Shown piece after piece: positions 34,930 through 48,245 of a stretch of 61,749 nucleotides of DNA; positions within the stretch are counted from its first letter, which is position 1, and each line of letters starts with the position of its first letter. Made by a program: the position numbers and the translations under genes. The stretch covers positions 124,001-185,749 of the forward strand of contig JBEWZL010000237.1 in NCBI GenBank assembly GCA_045837725.1, written 5' to 3'. Origin of the DNA: Vermamoeba vermiformis (Eukaryota). A model generated the notes under the pieces. The model saw only the letters and a program-made list of their open reading frames with translations, searched no databases and was not told the DNA's origin.

Positions 34930-35379
34930 TTACATTTGAGGTTTTTTGAAATAAAGGCTCATCTGCCTCCGCGTCCAAGCTTGTTCTTCGCGTTCAACTT
35001 CATCCTACGATATAAAAATTATTTAAAATCAGAAAAATATTGTAATGCCATATACATATGATCGATGTTATATTGGTTATATCGCAATTATTCTAAATAT
35101 TCTCCTTACGCTTTTCTCTTTCATGCAGTTCCATCTGTCATTCAGTTGCTGATTACAGCCTACTACAGGCACCCACGCTTGTTTGGCACACTCTTCCCAC
35201 AACTGCGCGTATACTTCGCACTCTTTAACGATAATAGCTTTGGCTCTGGCTTTCTGTTGCTGGCCAGTCTGCTTGACTGCAGCCATCATTAAATCATTAT
35301 TCTCTGGGCTCCAATCAGGAGCTATATCTTTCATATCGCGTGTGAAATATTTAAACTCTGGCGTAGTATTAGTGCTCAT
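34930..35379 (-). CDS. Twin Cx9C mitochondrial intermembrane-space protein (CMC1-like), 2 exons
   Basis: C-EVYAQLWEE-C ... C-NQQLNDRWN-C, preceded by KARAKAI. Confidence 0.7.
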
Positions 35380-35467
35380 TGTGTTGTTCACTCGCGATCA
35401 GTGATTTTCATAAAAGTTCAACCAGTGCACGAAGCAATTAATTTTCTAAATGCGCTGAGCAACAACC

Positions 35468-38400
35468 ATGAGCAAGGATTATATTCAAAAGCTCATTGGG
35501 CACGTAATTGAAGCGAACACTGGGTTGGAAGCGCCTTCTCCAGATGCAGTTCGTGCTCTGCAGAAATGCTTTCAAAATCCAAAGCAGATTGATATAGGTA
35601 ATGAATAGTACCCAAATAATATTATTACACGCGCTATGAAATGATAACCGAATGCTAGCACAAAAATTGATCCGGAAGCTAAATCAATTTGATACGCACA
35701 GCTTCCTAAAATCACAATAATTTTTTTAAATAATTAATTGGCAATGGACGGATCAATATTTCAAGCGTGCGCTATAATAGCTCGAAGTTTAGAATTATTA
35801 TGTTATTAATTTTGTATTAGCTTACAAAAAGGTGATTGAAAGATTAGAAACGAACAAGAAGCACACCTCTCAAATAACAGCCAAATGTATTCGATTATTG
35901 AAGTCAGAATTGCTCAGATATTTCCCCAGTGATGACACGCTGATCGAGATCGACAAATTTTGTCAACGTTTTCAAACTGTTGACGAAGATGAGCGTAAAG
36001 TACGTTATAATTGCTAATAGACAATAAGTACTCACGATATTTAGTCACTGTCATATATTCGTGCCATTATAGCTCGCGTGGACAAACAAAAACAACGCGG
36101 ACAAGATCTGGCGACCTCTACTGGCAGCAGCGCACACAAAACTAGATCTAACAGTCGTCACGAGTCGAAGAAGTCAATCAAGACTTCGGGAGGAAAGCGA
36201 ACAAAGCGAAGAACACGTGATGGTCAGTTTAAATTCGATCAATATGCAGTTGATGTTAACCGGATAATTCGCAGACAAGTCCAATCGCGATCTCATTGCC
36301 AATATGATGTTGTTGAAGTTGGCTAAGCCTTCACCAGCGCGTAAGTAGAGCCCTATCATTCAATAGAGCACTCCTTAACCTAAGTGTCATGCAGGTGACC
36401 GATTGACATTTGTTAATTTCCCGCTGTTCGGAGGTCAGTTCCCTTCACCCAATTTGTCCAAACAAGACGTGTTCTCCATTGACAACGATCATTTGCTCGA
36501 GAGACTGAGTGTTGTCAGCATGTCAAAGAAGACGTACGTGAAATTTCTTATTTGCACCACAGTCTGACACTTTGACAGCGAGGAGAGACAAATGTACCGC
36601 AGTTATCGTCGCACACCGTCCTTGTTTCAGTACAAGTACTACAAGTCGCAGTCACGACTAGACGCAGGCAATCAACTGATCGAGTCACTCTTGGAGGCTG
36701 TCGTGCACCCTGACAACAATCAGCCCCCTGAAGCACGCCTCACTGCATATAAACTGCTCATTAAGGTACGTATACAGCGTTATATTATTATCCATGGCGC
36801 TTGCTCACTCGTAGTGCAGCTGTTCATCGATGTGTACTGCGAGGACGGTGATGTAGGCACAGCGATTGTGATGCAAGTGATCACTGAGATGTTGCAGACT
36901 GGTGTGTTGGAGACCACACTGCAAGCGTTCAATGTCCTGTTCAATCTCACTGTGCACTTACAAATGTTGGAAGAGGTGCCTTTCTTCGATGTTGAGGGTG
37001 AGTCGTGCACGAGCATTACATTGTATGTGGTCTAATTAGCATTCAGGCGATGGCACAACATTCAGAATTAGTCGCTATCAAGATCAGCTGTTTGGAGTGT
37101 TGAAAGAATCGCTCGTGCAATTGATTCTGCAAAATGAGACACGACGCAAAGTGTGGTTTGCAGCGATGAATATACTGTTGTATTTTATCACCAGCAACGG
37201 ACAAATATCGCGCGAGAAGTGAGTGACGAGTCACATATTTAACTCACCTCGTATTCTAATCTGTTGCTAGGGTGATGAGTTTGGATGGTCGCGTGTTGCC
37301 AGCATTCTTCAACAACATTGACTACATTAGCGATGAAGTCTATCGCAATCTCGTGCGCATGTTGATCAACTACGTCTACATTGAAGTGTCGCCATTCAAT
37401 GCCGCATCAAGTCCCCCGCCTAGTGAGTCTAATCTTCCTACAACATTTGAACTCGATGCCGCGCGATTGACGAGCTGCGGCGGAATTTCATTTGTAATCT
37501 CGCTCTATCTCCGGTCCCGCTCACCTGAGGCCAATGACAACTTGTTCACGCTGATCTACGACTACATTGTGCTCAGCTACAATCGCCGCAAGACAGTGCA
37601 GCCCTCGAATGGCCTGCCGCTCGCGACCAAGAAAGAAGAAGAGATTGCGCAGTTCATGCTCATCTTCGAGCTGTTGCAGCGACTAGAAGCGAGTCAGTAC
37701 TTCACACAGCTGTTCAAGACTTTGCCCGATGGGTTTGTCGAGCGAGTGCTCAAGTTCATTGCCACCGAATGCGCTCCTAAATCCTCGCTATCAAACACCA
37801 CTGGCACTGGTCTCAATAATTCGCGGCCCTCGAGTCCTGGTCGCAGTGAGATGAACAGTTTGCAACGACTGTACGAGAAGATTGACAAGGCCTACTTGCA
37901 ACTCGTGCTCGGAGACTTGGCCAAGCTCGTGCTGCACTTTAACAAGGTGCGTTATCTACAGCTCTAGTAATACTCGATTTACTAACGATTGAACAGTTGC
38001 CCGATGAGTTCGACGTGATCGTGCGTGATGCAGTGACGAAGGGCGAGTTGAGTGACAGCAACAGCAAGACATTGAGCGAGTTAGTCAATTCGAGTGTGGA
38101 CTCGGATAGAAAACACGGCGAGGTACGTGCTACTGATAGTGTTTTTACGATACATTACTGACTCTATTCAGACCATGTTGGTGCGCATTAAACGTGAAAT
38201 TTCACGCAACCCTCAGAAATACTCAGCGTCATTTGTTAATACCGTTGATGGAGTGTTCAACAAGTACGTATTAGCACCAGACAGCTACTTTTAGAATCGA
38301 AGCTGACACTTTTACCTGCAGATTGATCTCCGCACAGTCCCCGAAAGTGCGCAGAATTTATTTGGCAGTGACTGAAAAATTAATTCTGTCGCACAAGAGC

Positions 38401-39265
38401 AAGGTAAGAGCGCACTCATAGTCTTATATGACGGATTCTAATACTGCGCAGATGCAAACACACGGCGAGGAGCCAGTGTTGAATGAAATGTTCAAGCTGT
38501 TGAACGACAATTTGACAGCAATACTCGCAACACAAGAGAACAACGAGCAGAACTTGATGTACATGTTTGACATTATCTTCAACTTGGTTAAATACACGCC
38601 GAGTAAGTATCACTGGACTCAAGTAACAAAGCTAATTCCTCGCAGTCATGAGCGAGAAAGAGGCGCAGTCCCTCGGTGCAGCATTGGGTCACATGGCCCC
38701 GCCCTCCACCGAACACTATCACCTGTACGAGATCTCGCCTTATCATCACACCAACAATCCACTCGGCGCATTCGACGTGCGCGAGCGACAGTTCATTGAA
38801 GGTCGTGTTTGGATACCGCGCACACATTTGCAACGCCTAGCTGTTGGACCACTGCGCGACATCTTCTTGCGACTACCACCGCGCTTGACGTCATTAGTGC
38901 GCGTGATGTTGCTGTACCTGTTGATTGACAAGTGCAAGGACAGCAAGACTGACATGCAGACTGTCGGTGGCACTACATTCTTCAAGAACTTGTTGGACGA
39001 CAATGACCCGCAAATCTCATTGTAAGTACTCAGTGTATTGACAAGTGACACGTGTCTAATTCTGTTCTTTAGCATGGCAAGTCGGTTCTTGATTGACAAG
39101 TTGCAACAAGAACGACCAGACCAGTTCAAAGACATTGTAAATACTTTGCTCGACAAGGCTGTGCAAGCAAATGACGAGAAGTTGATGAACAATCCGTATT
39201 TGCAGATCAAAGCCATCATGCAGATGAAGGACCGCAAGAATCGCAATCGCTTGTCCTTCTTGTAA
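35468..39265 (+). CDS. Large alpha-helical protein resembling the plant CLoG1 family, many exons
   Basis: The C-terminus VGGTTFFKNLLDDNDPQ...DKAVQANDEKLMNNPYLQIKAIMQM and an internal AFNVLFNLTVH resemble the plant family. This is recalled similarity, not a search result. Confidence 0.55.
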
Positions 39266-39352
39266 CATTTTTCACGATTTAAAATGATGTACTTTTAATT
39301 CATTGGTTTATTGTTTCCGCATACTATTTACAACAATTATTCGCTTCTTATT

Positions 39353-41068
39353 TTACAAAAATGCAAGAACCACAATAGCTAAAGCAGAGGCAGTCAATTG
39401 TGCTGCACCGCTGGTACGTTCATTGCCGTCAGTCTCTTGAGGGCCAGCAGCAATAGCGCGAATGTGAACGGCCTTGTCGCACGTCTTGTAGCGAGGCACG
39501 TGATTGGCGTACAGGGACGAGGTCAACGCGATGTCTTTATAGGTCACGCCGACTGGTCCTTCGTACGCGACTTCAACGACAGCAGTGAACTCGAAGGTGT
39601 CTAAATCAGCGTCAGCGGGGAACAGGTCAGTCTTCGCATCACCAATGCTGACGTCAATCTCGAAGCCAATCGATGAGGGCGTGTGCGGTGTGATGGCAAA
39701 TGCATTGGCTTGAGCGATAGACGATGTGAACAGCTCGTTGTAGATCGGAGTGGCGTGCCTGTCCTTGGAGGACGTTATGAACACTGACCGTACTTTAGTC
39801 GCCAAGATTTGCACGCGTTCAGCATTGACAGTGGCCAAGAAGTAGGCGCGTTGTCCGTTCATGAACGCAGTCTTCAAAGTGGTGTGCTGGTAGTCTTGGA
39901 AGATGGTCAAATCACCTTTGAGACGCACGTCGTGACTGACGCTGTAGCAGAAGTCTTCAGAGACAATAATTGATGCGATGACATCTGACTCGAGATCTGT
40001 CTTGCACACCTCCACCTGACCGCGGCACTCGAAAGCCATCGTCAAGTTGTATTGACCACTCAATGAGCACACGTGAGAGGCATCGAGCTTGACCATGATG
40101 CGTTGCATGCATTCACTGCCGTAGTCTTCAGTGCACACGTGATTGGCCACAGCGACAGTGGCCTCAATGTCTTTGGGGATCTGATGATAGTACAATGAGC
40201 ATGTGTCGTAACGATTAGAATAGGCACTTACATTGAGCTTGGTAACCTCGGAGATTCGGAGAGGATAGGGCAGTGTGGTGAGGTACTCCAAGAATCCGCT
40301 GTTGGAGACCGGATCGTAAATTTGAGTGATGATGATGGCGCTCATGCTTTGCTTGGCAGTGCTGCGAGCAACACGAGTGATCTCAGAAGCGACCTACGTA
40401 ACAATAAATTGGATTAATATCCCAGCTAATCGATAGCGGAACAATTAATTTATTTTAAGATCTTCACTTACAACTGTCTTCTTAGGGAATCTGATTTCCA
40501 TGCGAAGCACGGACTCGGTGGTACGAGTCAATGGAGTGCCGCGCAAGTCACCAATCTTGTCCTTTTGAGCGACCTTGAGTGCAGCTGAAAGAAGAAAACT
40601 GCGAGTTTCGTCTTTGCGAACGAATCCACAGTCCACAGCCTTGGAGAGCGGCATGTGAAGAGTGAATACATCATCGCAAGCATCGAGCTTCTTAGACCAC
40701 ATTTCACCAGGGTAAGCGCAGCTCTCATCGCCGTTCAAAAAGCTAATGGCCGAATCCAATCTGTTGGCCACAACAGGAGCTCGGATGACCAAAGTAAGCA
40801 TTTCATTGAGCGTATTGCTTTGTTCTTGGTCAATATAAGCAGGGTAGTTGCTGCTAAGATCAGCAGGAGGTTTGATATCGCATTGTGAATCCACTTTCAA
40901 CAAGCAATCGCCAAGTGAATCTGCGCTGCTAGCAAACCCAGAATAGCAGCTGCACCATTTTCCAATGCGAGAGCCAGCAGGTTGATCATTATTTAAGCAT
41001 TGTGCGCTAATGTAGCCAGTTAATAGTAGGATGCAGAAAATTCCAAACAGATGCCGTAGTAGTTTCAT
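39353..41068 (-). CDS. Secreted Cys-containing surface protein with a C-terminal GPI-like signal, 2 exons
   Basis: Signal peptide MKLLRHLFGIFCILLLTGYISA, an EGF-like CSCYSGF, and a hydrophobic end SGAAQLTASALAIVVLAFL*. Intron 40470-40394. Confidence 0.75.
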
Positions 41069-41488
41069 TTGTGGTGTTGTACTTGTACGTAGTTCGTTTA
41101 TGTAGTGAACAGCCAAAAATTGTTTTTGTCCGTCGCGGTGGATTGCTGCCAAGGATTAAGAATTCCTTAACCAACCATTATTTCCTTTTATGGTAATTTT
41201 GGTGAGATTGGAACCTCGTTTTGACTTGCGCTTCCGAGGCAATCGCAGTAATTGCTGGTTTGATATTCCGCATGTTCGACCTTGACTAATGTTGACCGTT
41301 AGCTGAGTCATTCGGCCACGGCAACTGCAGAAAGGAATAATTACTCAGATCCGTGGATAAATGCGCAGTTATTCGTATTGAATTATTTTATCGGATTATT
41401 GTGGGATATTTACATGGATTATTAACATAAAGCGATTCATTCGTCAACCTGCCTAGTCTCACTGGTGCATCTGAATCCGTCCCGGATC

Positions 41489-42658
41489 TTAGTAGCACAC
41501 GTAGTCCTCTTTGACCACTGCGCGCGGAATATAAATAGGCTCATCGGTCATAGCATCGGGCTCTTCTACGGTACTGGGTTCAGGCTCAGGCAACATCTCG
41601 CTGGGTACAGGAGTGCCCAAGAAGTGCACCGCGACTTTGCCGTTGCCGAGCACGATCAGCACGGTGCGCGCGAAAGCATTGCGACGCGCATTGGTCAGCG
41701 CTGTCTTCTTGGCCTTGTCCACGACTTCACCCTTGTCGCTGTCAATGGCTGTGCCCTCGCCTAGTCGCTCGTGTTAGTGATAGGCACTGCTCGCTAGTGT
41801 CCCAGCACGACTCACCAATGCCCTCGACAGATCTGTTGTCCTCGCGCAGTGTCACTCGGACTGTGCAGCGATAAGTGCAGCTGTAGAGCTGGTCTTCCTT
41901 GCGTTGCTCGTATTGGACCCTGTTCGCGTTAGTATTAGATGATACGGTTCTAAAAATAGCCACGTACTTCTCCATGGATACAATGCTGGAGCTCCACGTG
42001 TTGAATCCCAAGTAATAATTCACGAGCTCAATGCTGGAGTGACACAAGGATTAGATTCAATTAGATAGTCTTATTGAGTTGCTATACCATTTGTGGAACG
42101 GTAGGTCATAGTCTCTATGCAATAAGGATAGTCAGAAGTGTACGAGGTCAGAATTAGAAACTGGATGTACCTTGTTGCGCTGTCTTCGAGTTTACGTTTC
42201 TTGGCGAATATGACCTTCAATTTCTTCTTATTTAATAGTTGTCCGTGCGTGGCTTTCAACGCTTTCTTCGCGCTGGTCACTGAATAGTACCGTACAAACG
42301 CGCACTTTGTCGGAGCTTACGAAATTAAATTAGTCGATTAATAAGTCAATAACAATCTATATTGGCGCAAATCACGTTACAATTAATTTAGCAGAATTAA
42401 TCCTTACTTTGAATTTGCGGATTGTCAACCTGGAACAAATGGACGTCGTGTAATATTCCATATTTTCCAAAAATTTCCTCTAATTCTTCTTCTTCAATTT
42501 CTGGTTGAATATTGGCGACAAATAGGGTGGATTCTTCAGTTGGCACTTTGAAGAAAATCAGTTCGCCTTCCGGCTCTGGCTCTATTTTGAAAATTTAGCT
42601 AAATTAATTACAATTTATCGAGGCTAATACCAGGTGCGTTTGGGGTTGGATGCTCCAT
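41489..42658 (-). CDS. RDM1: RAD52 motif-containing protein 1-like (RRM plus Rad52-like domain), multi-exon
   Basis: RRM motifs TLFVANI and CAFVRYYS, followed by IELVNYYLGFNTWSSSI and AKKTALTNARRNAF...VLGNGKVAV. Start and stop are approximate. Confidence 0.75.
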
Positions 42659-42960
42659 CTGCAGTTCCCAGAAATTTAAATTCTTGCCAACCGGATCTAA
42701 TGGTCAAATTGCTAGGTGTGGTTGATCTACAGCTCAAGGAAAATAAACAATGGTAGTCACTTTCACTTTGGGTGTTCGTGGAAGATGGCAATGGAAAAAA
42801 TAACACATTCGACCTACACCAAGACGCCACTCTCGGGACATTACCTCACACACTTTGCATTTAGAAAATCCATTGGTTTAAAACCGTTATTAAGAAGCAC
42901 GGAGACAATTACGAAAATTTAGCTAGATTAATCCGGTACTTTACTTATTTATTTCATACA

Positions 42961-44529
42961 CTATTCTTTCTTCTCACTCTCAGCTGCTTGCTCAGTCTTT
43001 TGTTTCTTTTGTGGCGGTTGTTCTGCGGCACTCTCAGCTGATTCGTCACGTGCTTGTTTTTTGCCCTGATTGGCTGGTGTGGCAGCAGCTGTTGCTCCAG
43101 GTGCGGCGGTAGGTTTGTTCTGTGGAATAGCGCCCATGCGTTGTGGGTTCATGGAAGGATAGTAATTGTAGCCGTAGCCAGGGGGCGGTAAATAGCCCGG
43201 TGGTGGCGGCGGATAATTGTATTGGCCTGTGGCTGGATTGTAACCATAGTTCTCTGTAATAGACGACATTAGCATGTGCTCATATAGCGCAACACTAATA
43301 TGACATACCGAAATTAGCAGGAGGCATGTTGCGATCAGTGGACTGTTGTGACTTGGCCCAATCAATGCGCAAGAATATGCCATTGATAATCAAGTTGTTG
43401 TGCAGCTTTGCCACGGCCTCTTCAGCTGCATCGCGAGTGGTGAACTCGACGAAGGCACAGCGACCTGCAGGGTTCATTTTCACTGAATGAATCTCGCCGT
43501 AGTAATAGAAGTGGTCGCGCAGATCTTGTTCTGAAATACGTGTGTCAACATTGCCAACATAGACTGTCTTAATATCAGTGTCTGTCGGTGTCTGTGGTGC
43601 ATTGGTGTTCAATTTTTTGAGAATCTTTTGAGCCACGGGGTCGTTGGTGCCGTGATATCTGTCTTTAATGTTCTGATTGGCCAGTTCGTTGTTCTCTTTG
43701 GGCTGTTCGTGGCGATAAGGACAGCTGTCACCACGCGTGCACGTGCCCTTCAAGAAGAACGAGCAAATGTGGGCTTTGTTGCGCTCGTAGTACGGCGTGG
43801 GTCGCGCAAGTTTTTGAGCCATGGGCATGTACTGTACTTTGTCAAAGGGCAGTTGTCCCGATGCCACCAGTGCTTCGTTCTGTTGCGCGACATAATCACG
43901 GCCAACAATTGATTGTGGCATCGCTGTTGATTGGCCACTGCCCAGGGCTGCATCACGCACTTGTGTAGGCAGATCTGTCGTTATGTTAGCATCGAAGGTG
44001 TACTAATATTCCGTACGTACTAAATACTAAATCGAGTAAGCAAGTTTGGCAGACGTTCTTCATTTTAGCGCAGGTCTGACAGATTTCAGTCTTCTTGAAT
44101 CTGCCTTTTGTACCAGCTTGCCATCTGAATACTGTATATGGTCGTGCACAAACCTGAAAATATGTATGTTATTTTTTGTTGCTAATCGATGATGAATTTG
44201 CTGTTTAAAGACAGATTCTAGATCGCGCCTTCACGAATTCCGTTTTTCTTATTTTAATAATATTGCTTAATTATTAAAAACTTACCTTGCATTCTTTGTC
44301 ATATACGAGTTTAGTCTGGCGATTAAATAAAATTGTTAGCAAAATCCAAATTATTTTTCTAAATTGTCGAAAATAAAATAATACTGCTTTACTAATATGC
44401 TAATATTAACTGTATATTTATTCAACAACATACCATACGAATATAAGGATTATCGCCAAGACAAGTTTGGCAAACGATCGGAAAGTCTGATCGTTCCCAG
44501 CCGTCTGTCTCTGGATCACCGGTTGACAT
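42961..44529 (-). CDS. RBM22: Pre-mRNA splicing factor RBM22/Slt11/Cwf5, multi-exon
   Basis: [46 protein letters not shown] finger [36 protein letters not shown], an RRM, and [11 protein letters not shown]. Confidence 0.95.
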
Positions 44530-45269
44530 ACTGTGTAATAAATGTGTTGTGGTTGATTGTTCTCTTTTCAAAAGACAAAAGAAAAAACGGCCACCGTCCA
44601 CAAAAAGTCGAAAATTCAGAGAGAAAGCCAACCTTCCAGATACAGGGTTTCTAGAATACTTCAATTTCAATTAAAAAATAAAAGTATTACAATAAGGTAG
44701 CTATCATATACACGTAAGGCGTACAAAATGCTTGGATTGGTCAGCGACTTTGCTGACCAGACCGATCCATCAACAATGAAACTTGGCGAGTATTCATCAA
44801 TCAGTAGCTTATTTAGTGATTAACATCTTCTTGGGCCTAACGTGCGTACCACGTGAATACATTTCCAGACGGACATTACCTGCGCCTCATCCGCGTTCCT
44901 GGGCAGTCAAGTTAATTACCCGAGCAATGGTTGTCCTTAATTTTAATTGAATAGGGGATAGGGAAATTGATTGTGCTCGTGCGCCAAAATTTCCGGCACT
45001 GATTGATTTTTTGGAGCCGTTAGTTTATTTGCCCGTGGACTGTTGATAAGCGCACAATACCCTAGCACGTATTGGAGTAGCGTCAAATTGGTCACAATAT
45101 ATTTATTTATTTATTCTATTTATTATTGATACAAACGGAAATTAACCGCTCGATCGAAGGTTAATGTAAGTATAATTTGGTATTTCACTCTATTAATTTA
45201 CTACAACGTAATATTAATTTTAGTATACTAACAGATAATTTTGCGGATATTTTACAATTTTTTTAAAAA

Positions 45270-46346
45270 ATGTTGGATCGAGTGACCGTTTTTCTGCTGA
45301 TCTTGGCTTGTGTTGCCATTATTCCGGCAAGAGCTCAAAACTGCACTAGCACAGACACTAGCACGTGTCCAGATACAGCGCCTTTTTGTTCAGAAAGCAA
45401 TCAATGCCGTGCCTGTGAAACTTCCTTGGAGTGTCAATCGACCGATGCCAACACACCTCTCTGCTCGAGCGATGGTTCATGCAAGGCCTGTTCGACTAAC
45501 ACTGAATGCAGCAATGCTTACAACAGCACTGTTGTTTGCCAGAACAGTCAGTGTGTTGTATCAGCCACAGCGGACGGTGGTATCATTGCCGTGATTGTAG
45601 TCGGTGCAGCTATTGGTGTCGCAGCTGTGATTCTCATTCCTATCTTCGTCGTGCGCGCACAGAAGCGAAAGAAGCGCGAGGCGATTGAAGCAGCCAACGC
45701 CAAGCCCCTCTCAGTCCTGCCTCCTCAACGTGACCTCGAGGCCAGCACGAGCAGCGATGAAGACAGAAGCAGCAAGAAGTCGAGCAGATCACGCTCTAAC
45801 AGTGACAGCGATTCTGATAGTGATGGCTCTCGTTCACGTTCACGTTCTCGTTCCCGTTCCTCTCGATCACGCTCCAGATCTGGTTCTCGCTCATCAAGAT
45901 CTAGATCTCGTTCACGCTCACCTTCAGACTCGCGATCTAGATCTGATTCGGATAGATCGAACTCTGACAGCTCTAGACCACCAGCTAGACGTCCTGCAGC
46001 ACGCAAACCATCGAATAGCTCTGATAGATCTGACTCAGATAACTCTCGCTCAGATAGTCCCTCACGATCTAGCTCGTCAGGTCCTCGCAGACCAGTCAAG
46101 CAAGCTAAACGAGCTGATTCATCGAGTGATAGATCCAACTCGTCCGACAGATCCGACAGCGACTCTCGTTCTAGCAGTCCTTCGCGATCGAGTTCATCGG
46201 GTCCTAAGCGCAACACCAAGCCCAAGCCCGCAGCAAAGAAGCAAGCTCGACCGGCCGCTAGAGGAGGACGTCGTCAAGCATCAAGCTCATCACGAAGCAG
46301 CTCGAGCAGATCAGATTCAGACTCTTCGAACTCTGACAGCAGCTAA
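45270..46346 (+). CDS. Single-pass type I membrane protein: Cys-rich ectodomain and Ser/Arg/Asp-rich cytoplasmic tail; intronless
   Basis: Signal peptide, Cys-rich repeats, TM segment IIAVIVVGAAIGVAAVILIPIFVV, stop-transfer RAQKRKKR, and RS dipeptide runs. Confidence 0.8.
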   Translation: MLDRVTVFLLILACVAIIPARAQNCTSTDTSTCPDTAPFCSESNQCRACETSLECQSTDANTPLCSSDGSCKACSTNTECSNAYNSTVVCQNSQCVVSATADGGIIAVIVVGAAIGVAAVILIPIFVVRAQKRKKREAIEAANAKPLSVLPPQRDLEASTSSDEDRSSKKSSRSRSNSDSDSDSDGSRSRSRSRSRSSRSRSRSGSRSSRSRSRSRSPSDSRSRSDSDRSNSDSSRPPARRPAARKPSNSSDRSDSDNSRSDSPSRSSSSGPRRPVKQAKRADSSSDRSNSSDRSDSDSRSSSPSRSSSSGPKRNTKPKPAAKKQARPAARGGRRQASSSSRSSSSRSDSDSSNSDSS

Positions 46347-46422
46347 GCCTTAATGTATCAATACGTTCATAGTCATATTCGCAAAATAGAAATTGATATG
46401 ACGAACCTTATTTAATTTTACA

Positions 46423-48066
46423 TCACTTTAAATACTGTATAAAAGTAATTACATCTTTCAATTGATATTTTTCTGCCATTTGCAAGCACGTGCCTTCCAC
46501 ACCATGCGCGGCGAGGGCGGTGCAAATGCTTTCTCTACTGGAGATTTTTGCTAATGCTTCTAACACCAGCAATGACTTGCTATTCCTCAACGCGTAATGC
46601 AATGGCGTGTCACCTCCACTATTCGGAACAGATCTGTTAGCGTTGAACAACTAATAATGCGATGAATGAAGTACGTACCATTGTTGAACATCAACACGAG
46701 CACCTTGAGCGAGCAAGAGGTTGATCGCACTGATCTGACCTCGAAAACACGCTTGATGCAAAATGGTCTCGCCTTGACTGTTCCTCGAGTTAATATCTAA
46801 GCAATTAACGGTCAGATTAATACCCCATTGACTATATAAGGATGGTCGTACCTTTGCCTTTAATCAGTTTCTTTACGAGTTTCTCCAGCGTCGCTTCGTC
46901 CTGAGAGTTATTCGGGGTGTTGTTGAGCAAGTAATACAAAATTGAATGCTCCCATTCCGTGCGCGGCAATAACAAGTTTTGTTTCAATAAGTACGATAGC
47001 AGCTTGAAGTGGCCTATTTGTTTTGAATTTAGTCAGTCTCTGAATTTACCTACAATTAACATTACCTTTTGAGGCTGCAATATAGTAGACGTGCTTATTG
47101 TCCAATTGACGTATGGTAGTCGTTGATATGCGGTTTTCAAAGAAATATTTAACTTGATTTATGTGACCCATTTCGATTGCTGAAATGAAGAGCCTTTCTT
47201 TGATTTTCTCCTCCAGATCCGGGACAATTGCTAAGAAATTTAAGATAATGCACCCGAAAACAGCATATTATTTGGACTTACCAGCCATTAGTCCAATTGT
47301 CGGGGAATATTTCGCAGTACTGGATGTTACTTTGTTCTGCAGGTGCTTGTTATATCGTAGGAACAAATCAGCTTGGCCATCGAGATTTCCTTCAATGACG
47401 TAATAACAAGCATTGAGACCCTCACTAAATACCGCGAGTTAGTTAGAATCTTCCCGCGGTACAACTCTGAAATTTCCTTTCGCGAAATTGACTTACTAAT
47501 CGTTGTATGTAATCTTAGCGTCATGCTTGAGAAGGCACTCGGTAGCTACCATATTCTTGTGCTTGATCGCAAGGTGCAATGGTTTTTTTCCTTTAGAATC
47601 TGACTTGTTCACATCCGCTTTCCTAGCAACGGCTAAATCAAAACATTCTATATACAGCTGTTGAAGCTCTAAAGTTGGCAAAATTGAGCTCAATTTATGA
47701 AGTATAGTCGGAACGCTGTCAAGTGAAAGGCTAGGACGTTCCAGTAAAGTGTGGATTCCTTCGAGCCATTCTACAATTTTAAAATTAATTTTGCCTGTCT
47801 CTAAAGTACTCCACTTACCCATCTCTAACGCAAACTTAATGCCTGTGAGATTATCTTGTACCACGTTGATATTAAACTCTGGATTCCCTAAGAACACCGA
47901 AAGCTCCTCCATTGATTCTAGTACAAAAGAACCTGAGTAATTATTTTGAAGTGAATTTAAGCGACGTACTTTTTTTAATAGCGTTGAGGAACAGCATCGG
48001 CGAGCTGGTAGCTCGTTGGGTGGAGATTGAGATCCGCCTAGGTCGGCTAAAAATTTCATCTCCCAT
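46423..48066 (-). CDS. Ankyrin-repeat protein, multi-exon
   Basis: Motifs KGKKPLHLAIKHKN, GETILHQACFRG and GDTPLHYALRN. Confidence 0.75.
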
Positions 48067-48245
48067 AGTACTGTTGCACAGCATTGGTCGCACTTGAAAT
48101 TGAATAAATTTCGAGCTAAATTGCGTGGAAAAAGGTGTTGCCAAATATAGAACGCGGTACAAATAAAATTTATCGCGATTACATAAAACTTGATATCTTT
48201 GTCAAATAGACGAAGTTACGACCAGTAAGGAAGCTTTCCGTGGAG

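Noticed and set aside
45685-46353. Overlapping alternative-frame and antisense ORFs over the RS tail
   Set aside because: They are a by-product of low-complexity repeats that lack stops.
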